Of a stretch of DNA of 64,000 nucleotides, positions 40,789-51,931 are shown in pieces; position 1 is the stretch's first letter, and every line of letters begins with the position of its first letter. The stretch is from assembly GCA_041394265.1 (NCBI GenBank), contig JAWKIO010000005.1, positions 4,007,401-4,071,400 of the forward strand, written 5' to 3'. A program made the translations under genes and the position numbers. The notes beneath the pieces were generated by a model, which was not told the DNA's origin, searched no databases, and saw only the letters and a list, made by a program, of their open reading frames with translations. This stretch comes from Acidimicrobiales bacterium. GTDB taxonomy: Bacteria > Actinomycetota > Acidimicrobiia > Acidimicrobiales > SZUA-35.

Positions 40789-41750
40789 GCATCGACCGTC
40801 GCCAGATGCTGGCCGACATGATCCGCATCCGAGTGTTCGAGGAGCGGTGTGCCGAGTTGTACGGCCAATCGAAGATCCGCGGCTTCCTCCATCTCTACAT
40901 CGGTGAGGAGGCAATCGCCGCCGGCGTGCTGCCACAGCTCCGGCCGACCGATGCATTCCTCGGCACGTACCGCGAGCACGGGCACGCGCTGATTCGCGGC
41001 GTGCCGGCCGAGAGCATCATGGCCGAGATGTTTGGCAAGGCGACCGGATGTTCCGGCGGGCGCGGTGGCTCGATGCACCTCTTCGACGCCGAGCGTCGTT
41101 TCTACGGAGGCAACGCCATCGTGGGTGGTCACCTGCCGCTCGCCGTCGGTCTGGCGCTGGCCGACAAGATGGCCGGTCGCCGTGAGGTCGTGACGGCGTG
41201 CTTCTTCGGTGAGGGAGCGATGGCCGAGGGCGAGTTCCACGAGAGCATCAACCTGGCGGCGCTGTGGGACCTGCCGGTGTTGTTCTGCTGCGAGAACAAC
41301 CGGTACGCCATGGGCACCTCACTCGTCAGCAGCGAATCGCAGACCGATCTGGCATTGAAGGCCAGTGCCTACGGGCTCACGGCCTGGGCGGTCGATGGGA
41401 TGGATCCCGACGCCGTCGCCGCTGCGACCGACAACGCACTCACGTCGATCCGGGGCGGCGGTGGCCCGGTGTTCCTCGAGTTCCAGACCTACCGGTTCCG
41501 GCCGCACTCGATGTTCGACCCCGACCTCTACCGGCCGGCCGACGAGGTCGAGGAGTGGAAGCGGCACGATCCGATCGAGGGCTTCGCCACGAGGCTCGTG
41601 GCCGAGGGAGTGGTCGACGAAGTGGCTGTCGAGGCGATGTGGGACGAGGCCCGGGCCGAGGTCGAGGCCGCTGTCGCGGAGGCCGACGAGGCGCCGCTGG
41701 AACCGATCGAACAGCTCCTCGCCCACGTGACGGCGGAGGTGACGTCATGA
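40785..41750 (+). CDS. TPP-dependent 2-oxoacid (pyruvate/acetoin-type) dehydrogenase E1 alpha subunit
   Basis: ATGA overlap with the upstream stop. GSMHLF, FFGEGA and [11 protein letters not shown] motifs. Confidence 0.88.
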
Positions 41751-42736
41751 CCGAGACCCTGACCTATCGAGAGGCGATGCGCCTTGCCATCCGCGAGGCC
41801 ATGACCAACGACGAGCGGGTGTTCGTGATGGGTGAGGACGTCGCCGACTACGGCGGCACCTACGCCGTCACGATGGGCCTCCTCGAGGAGTTCGGACCCG
41901 AGCGGATCCGCAACACGCCGCTGTCGGAATCGGGCTTCGTCGGTGCAGGCATCGGTGCCGCACTCGGTGGCCTCCGCCCGATCGTCGAGATCATGACCGT
42001 CAACTTCAGCCTGCTGGCACTCGACCAGATCGTGAACACGGCAGCCACGTTGCGCCACATGTCCGGTGGCCAACTCTCGGTGCCCCTCGTCATCCGGATG
42101 ACGACAGGCGCCGGTCGCCAGCTTGCCGCCCAGCATTCACACAGCCTTGAAGGCTGGTTCGCTCATGTTCCCGGACTCAAGGTGGTGGCACCGGCCACCG
42201 TCGAAGACGCCCGCTGGATGCTCGCTGCCGCGCTGGACGATCCCGATCCGGTGGTCATCTTCGAGCACAGCGGTCTCTACAACACCAAGGGGGATGCAAG
42301 CAACGGACCGGTCGACCTCGTGTCGGCGGCCGTCCGCCGAGCCGGCACCGACCTCACGTTGGTGGCGTCGGCAGGAATGGTCCCGAAGGCGCTGGCTGCT
42401 GCGGACCAGTTGGAGATGGACGGCGTGGCGACCGAGGTGATCGATCTTCGGTCGCTTCGTCCGCTCGATCGGGGCGCGCTGCAACGATCGGTCCAGCGCA
42501 CCCACCGTGCGCTGGTGATCGACGAGGGGTGGCGCAGCGTCGGACTGTCGGCCGAAGTGGCGGCCTCGATCACCGAGTCGTGCTTCTACTCCCTCGATGC
42601 TCCGGTGGGCCGCTTGGCCGGTGCCGAGGTCCCGCTCCCGTACGCCAAGCACCTGGAGGAGGCCGCCATCCCGCAGGTCGCCGACATCGTCGCGGCCGCG
42701 CACCGGGTGCGGAAGGGCGAGGTGCTCCATGCCTGA
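41747..42736 (+). CDS. 2-oxoacid dehydrogenase E1 beta subunit
   Basis: ATGA overlap. [24 protein letters not shown] and a transketolase-like C-terminal domain. Confidence 0.88.
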   Translation: MTETLTYREAMRLAIREAMTNDERVFVMGEDVADYGGTYAVTMGLLEEFGPERIRNTPLSESGFVGAGIGAALGGLRPIVEIMTVNFSLLALDQIVNTAATLRHMSGGQLSVPLVIRMTTGAGRQLAAQHSHSLEGWFAHVPGLKVVAPATVEDARWMLAAALDDPDPVVIFEHSGLYNTKGDASNGPVDLVSAAVRRAGTDLTLVASAGMVPKALAAADQLEMDGVATEVIDLRSLRPLDRGALQRSVQRTHRALVIDEGWRSVGLSAEVAASITESCFYSLDAPVGRLAGAEVPLPYAKHLEEAAIPQVADIVAAAHRVRKGEVLHA

Positions 42737-43946
42737 CGCCGTCACCGATGCTCGCACCGACATCTTCGCGCTGCCGTCGCTCGGCGCCGACATGGACTGG
42801 GGCAGTGTGCTCGAGTGGCGAGTCGCGCCGGGCGACCGTGTGGAGCGGGGCGATGTGATTGCGGTCGTCGCCACCGAGAAGGCCGACATCGACGTCGAGA
42901 TCTGGCAGCCCGGCGTGGTGGCCGAACTGCTGCTCGATGTTGGTCGCGAGGTACCGGTCGGCACACCAATGCTCCGCTTCGAGGTGCACGATCTTGGGCC
43001 GTCGGTCGTGGACACCCCTCCGGCGGTCGTCGCGGCGACCGAGTCGACACCCATCCCAACGCCTGCCATGGCGCTGCCGATCGAGCCAGCACCGTCCGGC
43101 GCGCTGGCCTCGCCGTTGGCTCGACAGCTGGCCGCCGAGCGTGGAGTCGAGTTGTCCGCTGTCGTTGGCACCGGTCCGCAGGGGGCGGTGCTCGCGGCCG
43201 ATGTCGAAGCGATCGCTCCCATCGTTCCGGTCGCCACGCCCTCGGTCGTGACCGTCGCCGAGCGGGACCGGGCCGCGGCTCGGTCGGCCGGCATGCGTCA
43301 TGCCATCGCCGAGCGCATGGCCAAGGCCAACCGCGACATTCCGCACTACCACCTCGATCTCGGCGTCGACCTCGGGCCGATGCTGGCCGCTCTCGAAGCG
43401 CACAACGCCGCCCTACCGGTCGCCGAACGTGTGTTGCCGGCCGCCGTGTTCCTCGAAGCCGTGGCACACGCCTCGGCCAAGCACCCCGAGCTGAACGGGA
43501 CGTGGGGTGATGATGGCTTCGACCCCTCGGCGACGGTCGACCTCGCCGTCGCCATCTCGCTTCGCACCGGCGGCCTCGTCACACCGGTCATCAGCGACGC
43601 CGTCGAGCTGACGACGACCGAGATCATGCTGCGACTCAAGGAACTGGTCACGGCGGCCCGATCGGGCTCGCTCCGCAGCAGCTGGATGGTCGACGGATCG
43701 ATCACCGTGACCAACCTCGGCGACAACGGTGCCGACCGGGTGCACGGCGTGATCTTCCCGCCTCAGGTCGCTCTCGTCGGATTCGGCAGCATCGTGCGCC
43801 GGCCATGGGTGGTCGATGGCACCGTGGTGGATCGCCCGGTCGTCACCGTCTCGCTCGCCGCCGACCATCGTGCCACCGACGGCCTCGTCGGGAGCCGCTT
43901 CCTCGCCACGATCGCCCACCGTCTCGAACATCCGGAGTTGTCATGA
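42729..43946 (+). CDS. dihydrolipoamide acyltransferase (E2) with one lipoyl domain
   Basis: ATG at 42729 overlaps the E1 beta stop by 8 nt. Candidate lipoyl-Lys in [11 protein letters not shown], peripheral-subunit-binding-like [25 protein letters not shown], catalytic DHRATDG. Confidence 0.88.
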   Translation: MPDAVTDARTDIFALPSLGADMDWGSVLEWRVAPGDRVERGDVIAVVATEKADIDVEIWQPGVVAELLLDVGREVPVGTPMLRFEVHDLGPSVVDTPPAVVAATESTPIPTPAMALPIEPAPSGALASPLARQLAAERGVELSAVVGTGPQGAVLAADVEAIAPIVPVATPSVVTVAERDRAAARSAGMRHAIAERMAKANRDIPHYHLDLGVDLGPMLAALEAHNAALPVAERVLPAAVFLEAVAHASAKHPELNGTWGDDGFDPSATVDLAVAISLRTGGLVTPVISDAVELTTTEIMLRLKELVTAARSGSLRSSWMVDGSITVTNLGDNGADRVHGVIFPPQVALVGFGSIVRRPWVVDGTVVDRPVVTVSLAADHRATDGLVGSRFLATIAHRLEHPELS

Positions 43947-44203
43947 CCATACTCACCGCCGACCAAGCGCTCGCCATCACGATCGACGCTGTCTCGAGTG
44001 TCGCCCCCGACGTCGCCGAGGAGCTGCCGACGCTGGATCGCTCCATCGACTTCTGGGAAGAGTTGCAGCTCGACTCGATGGACCATCTCAACGTGATGAC
44101 GGCCCTCGCCGACCGTACGGGTGTGACGATCGAGGAACGCGACTATGCGAGCCTGCGATCGCTCGATGCGATCGCTTCGCACCTCGCCGCCCACTCCACC
44201 TGA
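43943..44203 (+). CDS. acyl/peptidyl carrier protein-like (phosphopantetheine-attachment motif)
   Basis: ATGA overlap with the E2 stop. 86 aa, acidic. ELQLDSMDHLNVM resembles the carrier-protein DSL/DSM serine motif at the start of helix 2. Confidence 0.65.
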   Translation: MTILTADQALAITIDAVSSVAPDVAEELPTLDRSIDFWEELQLDSMDHLNVMTALADRTGVTIEERDYASLRSLDAIASHLAAHST

Positions 44204-44254
44204 TCGAACCCGGCGGGCGCGATCGTCATCGAAGCTGCACAAGGAGCGCCGACC

Positions 44255-45664
44255 ATGGCCAGGAACAGTCGACCCGAACACCCCATGCTCACGTTTCTCG
44301 GTGGCGCCGGGACCGTCACCGGCAGCCGGTTCCTGATCGAGACGCCCGTCTCGACCGTCCTCGTCGATTGCGGCCTGTTCCAGGGCTTGAAGGACCTTCG
44401 ACTTCGGAACTGGCAACCCTTTCCGTACGACCCGAAGGCGATCGACGCCGTCGTGATCACCCATGCCCACATCGATCACATCGGCTACCTCCCCAAGCTC
44501 GTCCAACTCGGATTCCGCGGCAAGGTCTATTGCACGCAGGCGACCGCCGACCTGGCTGCCATCGTGCTCCCCGACAGCGGTCACCTGCAGGAGGAAGAAG
44601 CCGCGTTCGCCAACCGCACCGGCTACTCCAAGCACCAGCCAGCGCTCGCGTTGTACACCGAGGACGAGGCGAAGGCGTCGTTGCGTCAACTCCGGGCGGT
44701 CGACTTCGGAGCGCCGACGTTGGTCACCGCGGACGTCACCGTCACCCTCCGCCCCGCCGGGCACATCCTCGGCGCCTCGACGGCAACCGTCGAGCTGGCG
44801 CCGTCCGGGCGCCGGATCGTCTTCTCGGGTGATCTCGGTCGACCGTCGCACCCGCTGCTCGTGCCGCCGGAGTCCCCGTCGGATGCCGACATGGTGGTGA
44901 TGGAGTCGACGTACGGTGGTCGCCAACACGACGACGAAGGAGCGATCGATGAGTTCGCCTCGGTGATCACCCGAACGGCGAGGCGTGGTGGCAGCATTGT
45001 CATCCCCGCCTTTGCCGTCGACCGAACCGAGGTGGTGCTCCACTGGCTGCGGGAGCTGATGGCGACGGAGCGCGTACCGCAGCTCCCGGTGTACGTCGAC
45101 AGTCCCATGGCCCTGCGAGCCCTCGGGGTCTACCGGCGAGCGATCGGGAACGGCAGTGCCGAAGTCCGGTCCGAACTCCGCGGCGGGCCCGATCCGTTCG
45201 ACACCGGTCAGCTCCATGAGGTCCGCTCGGTCGAAGAGTCGAAGGCGCTGGCCGACATCACCTATCCCTCGATCATCGTGTCGGCTTCGGGGATGGCGAC
45301 CGGCGGACGCGTCCTGCACCACCTTGCTCGACTGCTGCCCGATCGACGCAACGCCGTCGTGCTGGTCGGCTTCCAGGCCGCTGGGACCCGGGGCCGTCGG
45401 CTCGCCGAAGGGGAGACCGAGATCAAGATGTTCGGCCGCTACCTACGGGTGCGGGCCGAAGTGGTGTCGATCGGGTCGTTCTCCGTCCACGCCGACCATG
45501 GCGAACTCATGCAGTGGCTCGGCGCCGCCGAGCCGCCACCCGAGACGGTGTTCCTCGTCCACGGCGAATCGGACGGGGCGGAGGCGCTCAAGACATCGAT
45601 CCGAGATGACCTCGACGTGGCGGCGGTGGTGGCGAGACCGATGGAACGGGTCCGACTCGACTGA
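44255..45664 (+). CDS. MBL-fold beta-CASP family hydrolase (RNA/DNA-metabolising type)
   Basis: HAHIDHIGYLP (HxHxDH), ESTYG, and a C-terminal SVHADHGEL motif like beta-CASP motif C. An alternative start is the ATG at 44285. Confidence 0.8.
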   Translation: MARNSRPEHPMLTFLGGAGTVTGSRFLIETPVSTVLVDCGLFQGLKDLRLRNWQPFPYDPKAIDAVVITHAHIDHIGYLPKLVQLGFRGKVYCTQATADLAAIVLPDSGHLQEEEAAFANRTGYSKHQPALALYTEDEAKASLRQLRAVDFGAPTLVTADVTVTLRPAGHILGASTATVELAPSGRRIVFSGDLGRPSHPLLVPPESPSDADMVVMESTYGGRQHDDEGAIDEFASVITRTARRGGSIVIPAFAVDRTEVVLHWLRELMATERVPQLPVYVDSPMALRALGVYRRAIGNGSAEVRSELRGGPDPFDTGQLHEVRSVEESKALADITYPSIIVSASGMATGGRVLHHLARLLPDRRNAVVLVGFQAAGTRGRRLAEGETEIKMFGRYLRVRAEVVSIGSFSVHADHGELMQWLGAAEPPPETVFLVHGESDGAEALKTSIRDDLDVAAVVARPMERVRLD

Positions 45665-45691
45665 GCTTGCACCATTAGGGTGGCGGGCTGG

Positions 45692-47896
45692 TCAGTGCGG
45701 CGGGCCAACGCACACGCACAGCAACGAGTCAGCGGCCGACTGGAGTCGCAGGTCGTCGAACTGCAGCGCCGCCAACGCGTCGAGCGGATCACAGCCTTGG
45801 GCCAGGAGGCGGTGGAGCGCCGGCATGACGATCGCGGTCTCGTTGTCGTCGAGGTCGAGCGTCGATGCCACGACGTGGGAGACGCCGTTGTCGATGAGCT
45901 GCCATGCCAGCCCGAGCCGACCGAGCTCGGCGTTCAGCGTCAAATCACATGAACTGCACACCACCGTGTCGGCCACGGGGCCGTCGGACGGGATCGGTCG
46001 GACCGCGGCGGGGGATGAGGCGCGGTCGAGGCGGTGCAATCGGAACTGCGTTCGGTCGAGGCGCCCGTGGCAGGCCAGATGCACGACGTCGGTGTTCGCG
46101 ATGAGCTCGTTGAGGCGGCTGGGGGTGAGCAGGGGCTCATCGGCATCGGCCGACTCCGGGTAACACCGACCGATGGCATCGAGTTCAGTTCGGGTGTGGT
46201 TGCCGAGGCCCGGGCCGCGAATCGTGGTGACCCGGCCGCGTCGGGGGTCGCTGGTTCGTACGCTCGCTGGGTCGCCGATCGCCATACCGAGGTGCAGCCG
46301 TCGCATCGAGGGAAGGAGGCGCCAGGGAAGCCCGCTGAGCGCCGTCGACGGCACCATGGTGAGCGGCTCGGCGTCGTCCCACGAACAGCCGGTGAACAGC
46401 AGCCGATCGAGCGTTTCCGCTGCGATGCGGAGTCGCTGCTCGCCATCCGGGCGATCGAACCCGAGGGCCGCCGCCGCAAGACGGAACGCCCGGACCGACC
46501 GTTCGATGTCGCGGCAGTCCCCAAGATCGGTGATCGCCGCGTCGTCACCACGAGCGGTCACTCGCCACAGCCGGCCGCCGGTTTCCTCGAAGAGCACGAG
46601 CGCTCGTTGCGGCATCGGCCGGTCGAGCCAGTCGGCCACCGGGAGGGCAACACCCGGTGTTCGTCGGCGCCCGTCGAGGCGCGAGATCCGCTGATCGAGG
46701 TCGGCGAGCTCCGCATGATTGAGCGACTCGGGATCGAGCGACGAGGACCACGCCGCCAGATCGCGCAACGCGTCGGCGGCGCGGGCCGCCGGTTCCCCGC
46801 GGGTCTGGTCGGCCACGACGATGCGCATGGTCGCCATGGCAACCCGGAGCGCGTCGGCAGGATCACCGAGCCGACCGAGTCCGATGGCGACCCTCGCTGG
46901 ATCCGCAAGTGTTCGCACCGCCGTCGAGCGAGCCTCGATCGACTCGAGCGGGCGGGTGTGCTCGACGAGCGCCCGCACCAAGGCCGCCGTCGACCGGCGA
47001 GCTGCGGCTCGGTCTCCGCACTCGATGTGTCGCTCGACCTCCGCTTGTCGTTCGACGATCGCCCGTCCTGTCGCACCGGCCGACGCAGGCCAGCGGCGGT
47101 CCTCGCCATCGGATGGTGCTCGAAGGCCGAGCGCCACCAGCAGCCGCTCGAAGCCTCGGTTGCTGCCTCGTGCTTCGCTCGGCCAGCGGCCCAGCTCTGA
47201 CTGGGCCATTCGTCGGCAGGCGTCGGTCTCGCGGACGAGTCCGCAGCGGGCCATCACCTGACCGAGCCGATCGACGAGGAGCGCGTGGGCCCGAGTCCCA
47301 TCCGGGTTCCGCAGCAGCGAACGGCGAATGATGACCTCGGCCTCGGCCACGCGGTCCTGCGTGAGCGCCAGGTTGGCCCCGAAGATCGCCAGCACCGGTT
47401 CGGCGATGCCGAGTGGGTCGTGGCATTCCTCGGGAACGACCGTGTCGAGAATTGCCTGTGCGGCATCGTCGTCGCCTTCGCCGTGCACGATACGAGCCCG
47501 GACGATGCGAACGCCGAAGTTCGACATCGGATGGTCGATGGGATCGACCTCGGCGAACACCGCACGAGCGAGTCCGACGTCGCCGTTCCACAATAGATGG
47601 TTGGCGTGGTACGCAGCGGCGCGGGCTGCCACCCACGTGGACTCGGGCGCCATGCCCGTCGAGATCTGGAACCAGTGCTCAGCTTCCGCGAACGAGCCCG
47701 CCGTTGCGTGCAAGGAACCGACAAGGCATGCGATCGCCGCCCGAACTGTGGGATCGTCGCACTGCTCGAATTGTGCGACGGCGGCGCGGATGTCGGTGCT
47801 CGGCGCCGATTGGCCCAGCTCGTCGACGCGGTTGAAGTAGACGAGCGCCCGCCACTCGGGCGCCGTCAATCCCGCCGTGAGGTCGGACATCGGCAC
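45692..47896 (-). CDS. TPR-like repeat / CHAT domain protein (second copy of the architecture)
   Basis: C-terminal VVHLACHG ... TVVCSSCD His/Cys dyad and a helical-repeat N-terminus. GGAGGGAG lies upstream of the ATG. Starts 21 nt after the ilvE stop. Confidence 0.8.
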   Translation of the reverse strand: MPMSDLTAGLTAPEWRALVYFNRVDELGQSAPSTDIRAAVAQFEQCDDPTVRAAIACLVGSLHATAGSFAEAEHWFQISTGMAPESTWVAARAAAYHANHLLWNGDVGLARAVFAEVDPIDHPMSNFGVRIVRARIVHGEGDDDAAQAILDTVVPEECHDPLGIAEPVLAIFGANLALTQDRVAEAEVIIRRSLLRNPDGTRAHALLVDRLGQVMARCGLVRETDACRRMAQSELGRWPSEARGSNRGFERLLVALGLRAPSDGEDRRWPASAGATGRAIVERQAEVERHIECGDRAAARRSTAALVRALVEHTRPLESIEARSTAVRTLADPARVAIGLGRLGDPADALRVAMATMRIVVADQTRGEPAARAADALRDLAAWSSSLDPESLNHAELADLDQRISRLDGRRRTPGVALPVADWLDRPMPQRALVLFEETGGRLWRVTARGDDAAITDLGDCRDIERSVRAFRLAAAALGFDRPDGEQRLRIAAETLDRLLFTGCSWDDAEPLTMVPSTALSGLPWRLLPSMRRLHLGMAIGDPASVRTSDPRRGRVTTIRGPGLGNHTRTELDAIGRCYPESADADEPLLTPSRLNELIANTDVVHLACHGRLDRTQFRLHRLDRASSPAAVRPIPSDGPVADTVVCSSCDLTLNAELGRLGLAWQLIDNGVSHVVASTLDLDDNETAIVMPALHRLLAQGCDPLDALAALQFDDLRLQSAADSLLCVCVGPPH

Positions 47897-47917
47897 GACT
47901 CCCTCCGTGGCCGGGTT

Positions 47918-48934
47918 TCAGCCCTTGATCGGGGTGAGCCAGCCGTGGGTGTCGGGCGACTTGCCGATCTGGATATCGGTCAGCGCATCTCGCAGGCGCA
48001 AGGTGTTGGGTCCGGGTTGGCCGTCACCGATCGTGACCTTGCGGTCCTTGCCGACGAGCGTGCCGACCGGAGCGATCACTGCCGCGGTACCGGACAGGAA
48101 CAGCTCGCCGGGCCACGAGAACAGCTCGTCGAGCGAGATCGACCGCTCCTCGACCTCGTACCCGAGGTCGTGGCCGATCTGGATGACCGACTTTCGGGTG
48201 ACGCCGTGCAGGAACGACTCGTCGAGGTGGCGGGTCACCAGACGGTTGTCGTCAACGAGGAAGAAGTTGGAGGCACCGGTCTCGGTGGTATCGCCGCCGG
48301 TGGCGAAGAGGACCTGGTCGATGCCGTACTTCGCCTTGGCGTCGAGGGTCGGCCCGAGCGCCATCACGTAGTTGGCACCCGACTTGACCTTGCCGAACTG
48401 GGGAGTGGTTCGAGGTGTTTCCGTCTCGACATAGATGCTGAGCGGGCGTACACCGCCAGCGAAGTAGTCGCCGACTGGCGAGTTGATCACGTAGAAGATG
48501 CCGGTGGTGCTGGGCGATGCCGCAGCGCCGATGTTCTCTTGCGTGCCGATCAGCGTGGGGCGGATGTAGAGCGAGCCCGGGGGAGCTGGCGTGGCTGAGC
48601 CGTTGGCCTCGCAGGCATCGATGATCATCTGGCGGACCATGTCGCTGTCGGGCACCCGCATCATCAGCCGCTCGACCGATTGGGTGAAGCGGTCGACATG
48701 GTCATCGAGGCGGAAGATGGCGAGCGAACCATCGATCTGCCGGTGGGCCTTGAGCCCCTCGAAACACTCGGAGGCATAGTGGAGGACGTGCGACCCGGGA
48801 TGGAGTTGGAACGGTCGCATCGGCTCGGCCGACCCGCCGTACACGTAGCCGTCGCCGTCGTCGACGGCCACCGTGAAGAAGTCGCCGAAGAGCGATCCAA
48901 AGGGTGCGGTGGCGGGATCGGAGTTCTGGGTCAT
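47918..48934 (-). CDS. ilvE: branched-chain amino acid aminotransferase
   Basis: 338 aa. HYASECFEGLKAHR, PGSLYIRP and LSGTAAVIAPVG are typical of fold-type IV BCAT. Confidence 0.85.
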   Translation of the reverse strand: MTQNSDPATAPFGSLFGDFFTVAVDDGDGYVYGGSAEPMRPFQLHPGSHVLHYASECFEGLKAHRQIDGSLAIFRLDDHVDRFTQSVERLMMRVPDSDMVRQMIIDACEANGSATPAPPGSLYIRPTLIGTQENIGAAASPSTTGIFYVINSPVGDYFAGGVRPLSIYVETETPRTTPQFGKVKSGANYVMALGPTLDAKAKYGIDQVLFATGGDTTETGASNFFLVDDNRLVTRHLDESFLHGVTRKSVIQIGHDLGYEVEERSISLDELFSWPGELFLSGTAAVIAPVGTLVGKDRKVTIGDGQPGPNTLRLRDALTDIQIGKSPDTHGWLTPIKG

Positions 48935-49036
48935 CGTCGTTGCAGTCCAGTCGTTCGGCGGTCTGCCAAAGACTATGCCGCGCGAAGCCGCCTGTCGGAT
49001 TGGATGAGTGCGAGCAAGGCCGATTGACGGCGGTGG

Positions 49037-50392
49037 CTACTCGACCGGGGCCATCCACCAGCGGCCCCGACCCTTGGCCTTGGCCAGATACAGCGCCGCG
49101 TCCGCCTCGCTGATCAGGGCGTCGAAATCGATGTGGCGACGGTGATACACGATGCCGACGCTGGCGCCGATCGTGAGGCGGCTGTTGCCGATGCGGTCGA
49201 TGGCTGCGATCTCGCTGATCAGTCGGTCGGCCAACGCCTGCATCGCCTCGGGATCCGTGGTGTGGGGGCAGACCACGACGAACTCGTCGCCACCAATGCG
49301 GGCGACGGTGTCGTCGGTGCGCACGTTCGCCATGATCACCTCGGCGACTCGCCGCAGGAGCTGGTCCCCAACATCGTGGCCATGGCGGTCGTTGATGGCC
49401 TTGAATCCGTCGAGGTCGACGAACAGCACGGCCGCGTCGTCGAGTGAATGGTTGGCGACCTCGCCGTAGAGGAAGGCCCGGTTGAACAGACCGGTGAGGG
49501 CGTCGTGATAGGCCAGGTGCTCGAGCTGGCGGCGCTGGGACTCCTGGGTGAACGCGAGACGGAACACGGAGATCGCCTGTCGAAGGTGCAGGATCTGGTT
49601 GGGACTCGCCACCCCGGGGCGGGATCGCAGACACACCAGTAGGAGGTCCCGGTCATCGTGCCGAGCGGCGACCGCCCACGCGCCCCGGACACCGAGGCCG
49701 CGCCATGCTGATGCGATCTCCGGTCCGAAGTCGTGTTCCTCGATGTGGGCGATGCCGTGCACTCGATCGACCGATTCGGTCCACAGCGGTGCGAGCGTGC
49801 TCAAGGCGGATGACGGAAGGTCGGTGGTGGAAAGCGCCGAGATCGTGCCGTTCGACGCTCGCTCGAGCAGTAGGCCGCGGCCCTCCATCGGATGCCCGGC
49901 CATCGCATTGACGACCGAGTCGATCACAACCCGGAGGTCACCCTGTTCGGCGACCTGGGTGACGGCCTCGGTGAAGTGATGGTGGCTGGTCTCCTCGGTC
50001 ACGATGACCATGTGGCCGCGGATGCCTGGGTGATCGAGGCGGTTCTCGGCCCAGAGTTCGCTGTAGCGCTCCTGGCCCCAGGCCGTCAGGTAGCGCAAAC
50101 GCATCGGGCCGAGGAGTTGGCGGTCGAGAGCGGTGCCAAAGGTGATCAGCTGAGCTGCGAACTCGGCGTCGGCGGGGTGGACGAATTCGAGGATGTTGCG
50201 ACCGAGGACATCACGCTCGACGTCGACGTCGTCGACGAGACCCGATGGGTTCAACAAGTTCGCCATGCGGGGCGTGGCGTAGGTGATCGTGCCGGCTTCG
50301 TCGAACACGATCAACGTCAGCGGGAGCGCGTCGAGGATGGCCGATTCGCTGATCAGCCGATCGGAACTCGCTCTCGGTGCCGCGTCGAACAT
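49037..50392 (-). CDS. diguanylate cyclase (PAS/GAF-like sensor + GGDEF, with I-site)
   Basis: RIGGDEFVVV active site with RTDD (RxxD) five residues upstream. The N-terminal ~270 aa is sensor-like. Confidence 0.85.
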   Translation of the reverse strand: MFDAAPRASSDRLISESAILDALPLTLIVFDEAGTITYATPRMANLLNPSGLVDDVDVERDVLGRNILEFVHPADAEFAAQLITFGTALDRQLLGPMRLRYLTAWGQERYSELWAENRLDHPGIRGHMVIVTEETSHHHFTEAVTQVAEQGDLRVVIDSVVNAMAGHPMEGRGLLLERASNGTISALSTTDLPSSALSTLAPLWTESVDRVHGIAHIEEHDFGPEIASAWRGLGVRGAWAVAARHDDRDLLLVCLRSRPGVASPNQILHLRQAISVFRLAFTQESQRRQLEHLAYHDALTGLFNRAFLYGEVANHSLDDAAVLFVDLDGFKAINDRHGHDVGDQLLRRVAEVIMANVRTDDTVARIGGDEFVVVCPHTTDPEAMQALADRLISEIAAIDRIGNSRLTIGASVGIVYHRRHIDFDALISEADAALYLAKAKGRGRWWMAPVE

Positions 50393-50446
50393 CGCAGCTC
50401 CATCGGTCGCGAGCCCGGGGACGTGAGGATTCGCTCGAACGCGGCG

Positions 50447-51931
50447 TCAGGCGATCGAGCCGGCACGACGGCCGAACACCATCCCTGCGGTGAGACCCGA
50501 ACCGCCCGGATAGTTGCCACTGAAGAGACCGCCCAGCATTTCGCCACAGGCGAAGAGGCCCGCGATGGGCTGACCTGCTTCGTCGAGCACCCGCCCATCG
50601 GTGTCACCCCGAAGTCCACCGAAGGTGAACGTGATGGCACACGTGACGGGGTAGGCATAGAACGGAGGGACCTCGATCGGGGTCGACCAGTGGCTCTTGG
50701 GCGGCACGACGTCGGCCCGCCGACCGTCCTTGATGGTGGGGTCGAGTGGCCGGGCCCGATCGATCGAGGCGTTGAACTGCTCGACCGTCGTGTGGAGCGC
50801 ATGTGCCGGCACGCCGATCCGCTCGGAGAGTCCTTCGATCGTGTCGGCGACCTCGACCGAGATGCCCGGCATGTCGTACTCCTCGGTGCGCAGCATGGGT
50901 CGCAGCGTCGCATCGAAGAGCTGGTAGGCGATCGAATCCGGTTGTTCGAGGATGTGCCGGCCGTACTTGGCGTAGGTGTAGTTGCGGAAGTCCGCGCCCT
51001 CGTCGACGAATCGATCGCCCTCGGCATTCACGATGATGCCGAGCGGATAGCTCTGGCGCGTGAGGCGGTTGGTGAGCTCGCGATTGCTCTCGTTGTCGGG
51101 GCACAGGGCATCCCACTGGACGCTGTGCGCCGTCGACCAATCGCCGGCCTTTGCCGCCCCGATCGCCAGCGCCGCCGCGAGCATGTCGCCGGTGTTGTAG
51201 GGCGTGCCGCGAACTTTCGCCCGCTCCCAGCCATCGCCGAGGTGCTCCTTGCGCCACACGGGATTGGCCTCGAAGCCGCCGGCGGCGAGGACCACCGACT
51301 CGGCTCGCCAGACCTCGGGGCCATCGGGCGAGGTGGTCTCGACACCGACCACTCGCCCGTCCTCGACGACCAGATTGGTGGCGGCGGTGCCGTAGCGGAT
51401 CTGGGTGCCGAGTCGCTCGGCAACCCGAGTGTGGTCGGCCATCAGACCCTGACCACCGTCGACGTTGCCGACATGCAGCCCGCCCCAGAACAGGTAGGTG
51501 CCGTCGGGCCGCTCGTAGGCCTGCCGCTCGTACATGAGTCGGTACTTCAGCCCGAGTCCGTGGAGCCAGCGCATCGTGGCCTGGGCCTGGGTGACGAGCA
51601 CTTCGGTCATCGCCGCATCGTTGCGGCCCTCGGTGACCTTGGCCAGGTCGGCAGCAAACTCGTCCGACGAGTAGGGCGGAACCTCCGTGACGGCGTGTCG
51701 ATCGTCGGGTTCGATGAAGTCGATCAGATCGTCGAGACCGTCGTGGTCGATCCGGGTGGCGCCGGCGGTGTAGAAGCTGTTCCCGCCCGACATGTCGAAC
51801 GCGCCCTTCTCGAGCAGCACCGTGGTGCGGCCCCGCTCGGCGGCGGCGTGGGCGGCACTGAAGCCGGCGTTGCCGCCACCGACGACGATCACATCGGCAT
51901 GGTGGGTGGTTGGCGTGTCGTTCACCGGCAA
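50447..51931 (-). CDS. FAD-binding dehydrogenase (fumarate reductase flavoprotein / TcuA-like)
   Basis: DVIVVGGGNAGFSAA dinucleotide motif. ~494 aa. The track start is a TTG; a GTG two codons downstream is possible. Overlaps the upstream gene stop. Confidence 0.78.
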   Translation of the reverse strand: MPVNDTPTTHHADVIVVGGGNAGFSAAHAAAERGRTTVLLEKGAFDMSGGNSFYTAGATRIDHDGLDDLIDFIEPDDRHAVTEVPPYSSDEFAADLAKVTEGRNDAAMTEVLVTQAQATMRWLHGLGLKYRLMYERQAYERPDGTYLFWGGLHVGNVDGGQGLMADHTRVAERLGTQIRYGTAATNLVVEDGRVVGVETTSPDGPEVWRAESVVLAAGGFEANPVWRKEHLGDGWERAKVRGTPYNTGDMLAAALAIGAAKAGDWSTAHSVQWDALCPDNESNRELTNRLTRQSYPLGIIVNAEGDRFVDEGADFRNYTYAKYGRHILEQPDSIAYQLFDATLRPMLRTEEYDMPGISVEVADTIEGLSERIGVPAHALHTTVEQFNASIDRARPLDPTIKDGRRADVVPPKSHWSTPIEVPPFYAYPVTCAITFTFGGLRGDTDGRVLDEAGQPIAGLFACGEMLGGLFSGNYPGGSGLTAGMVFGRRAGSIA

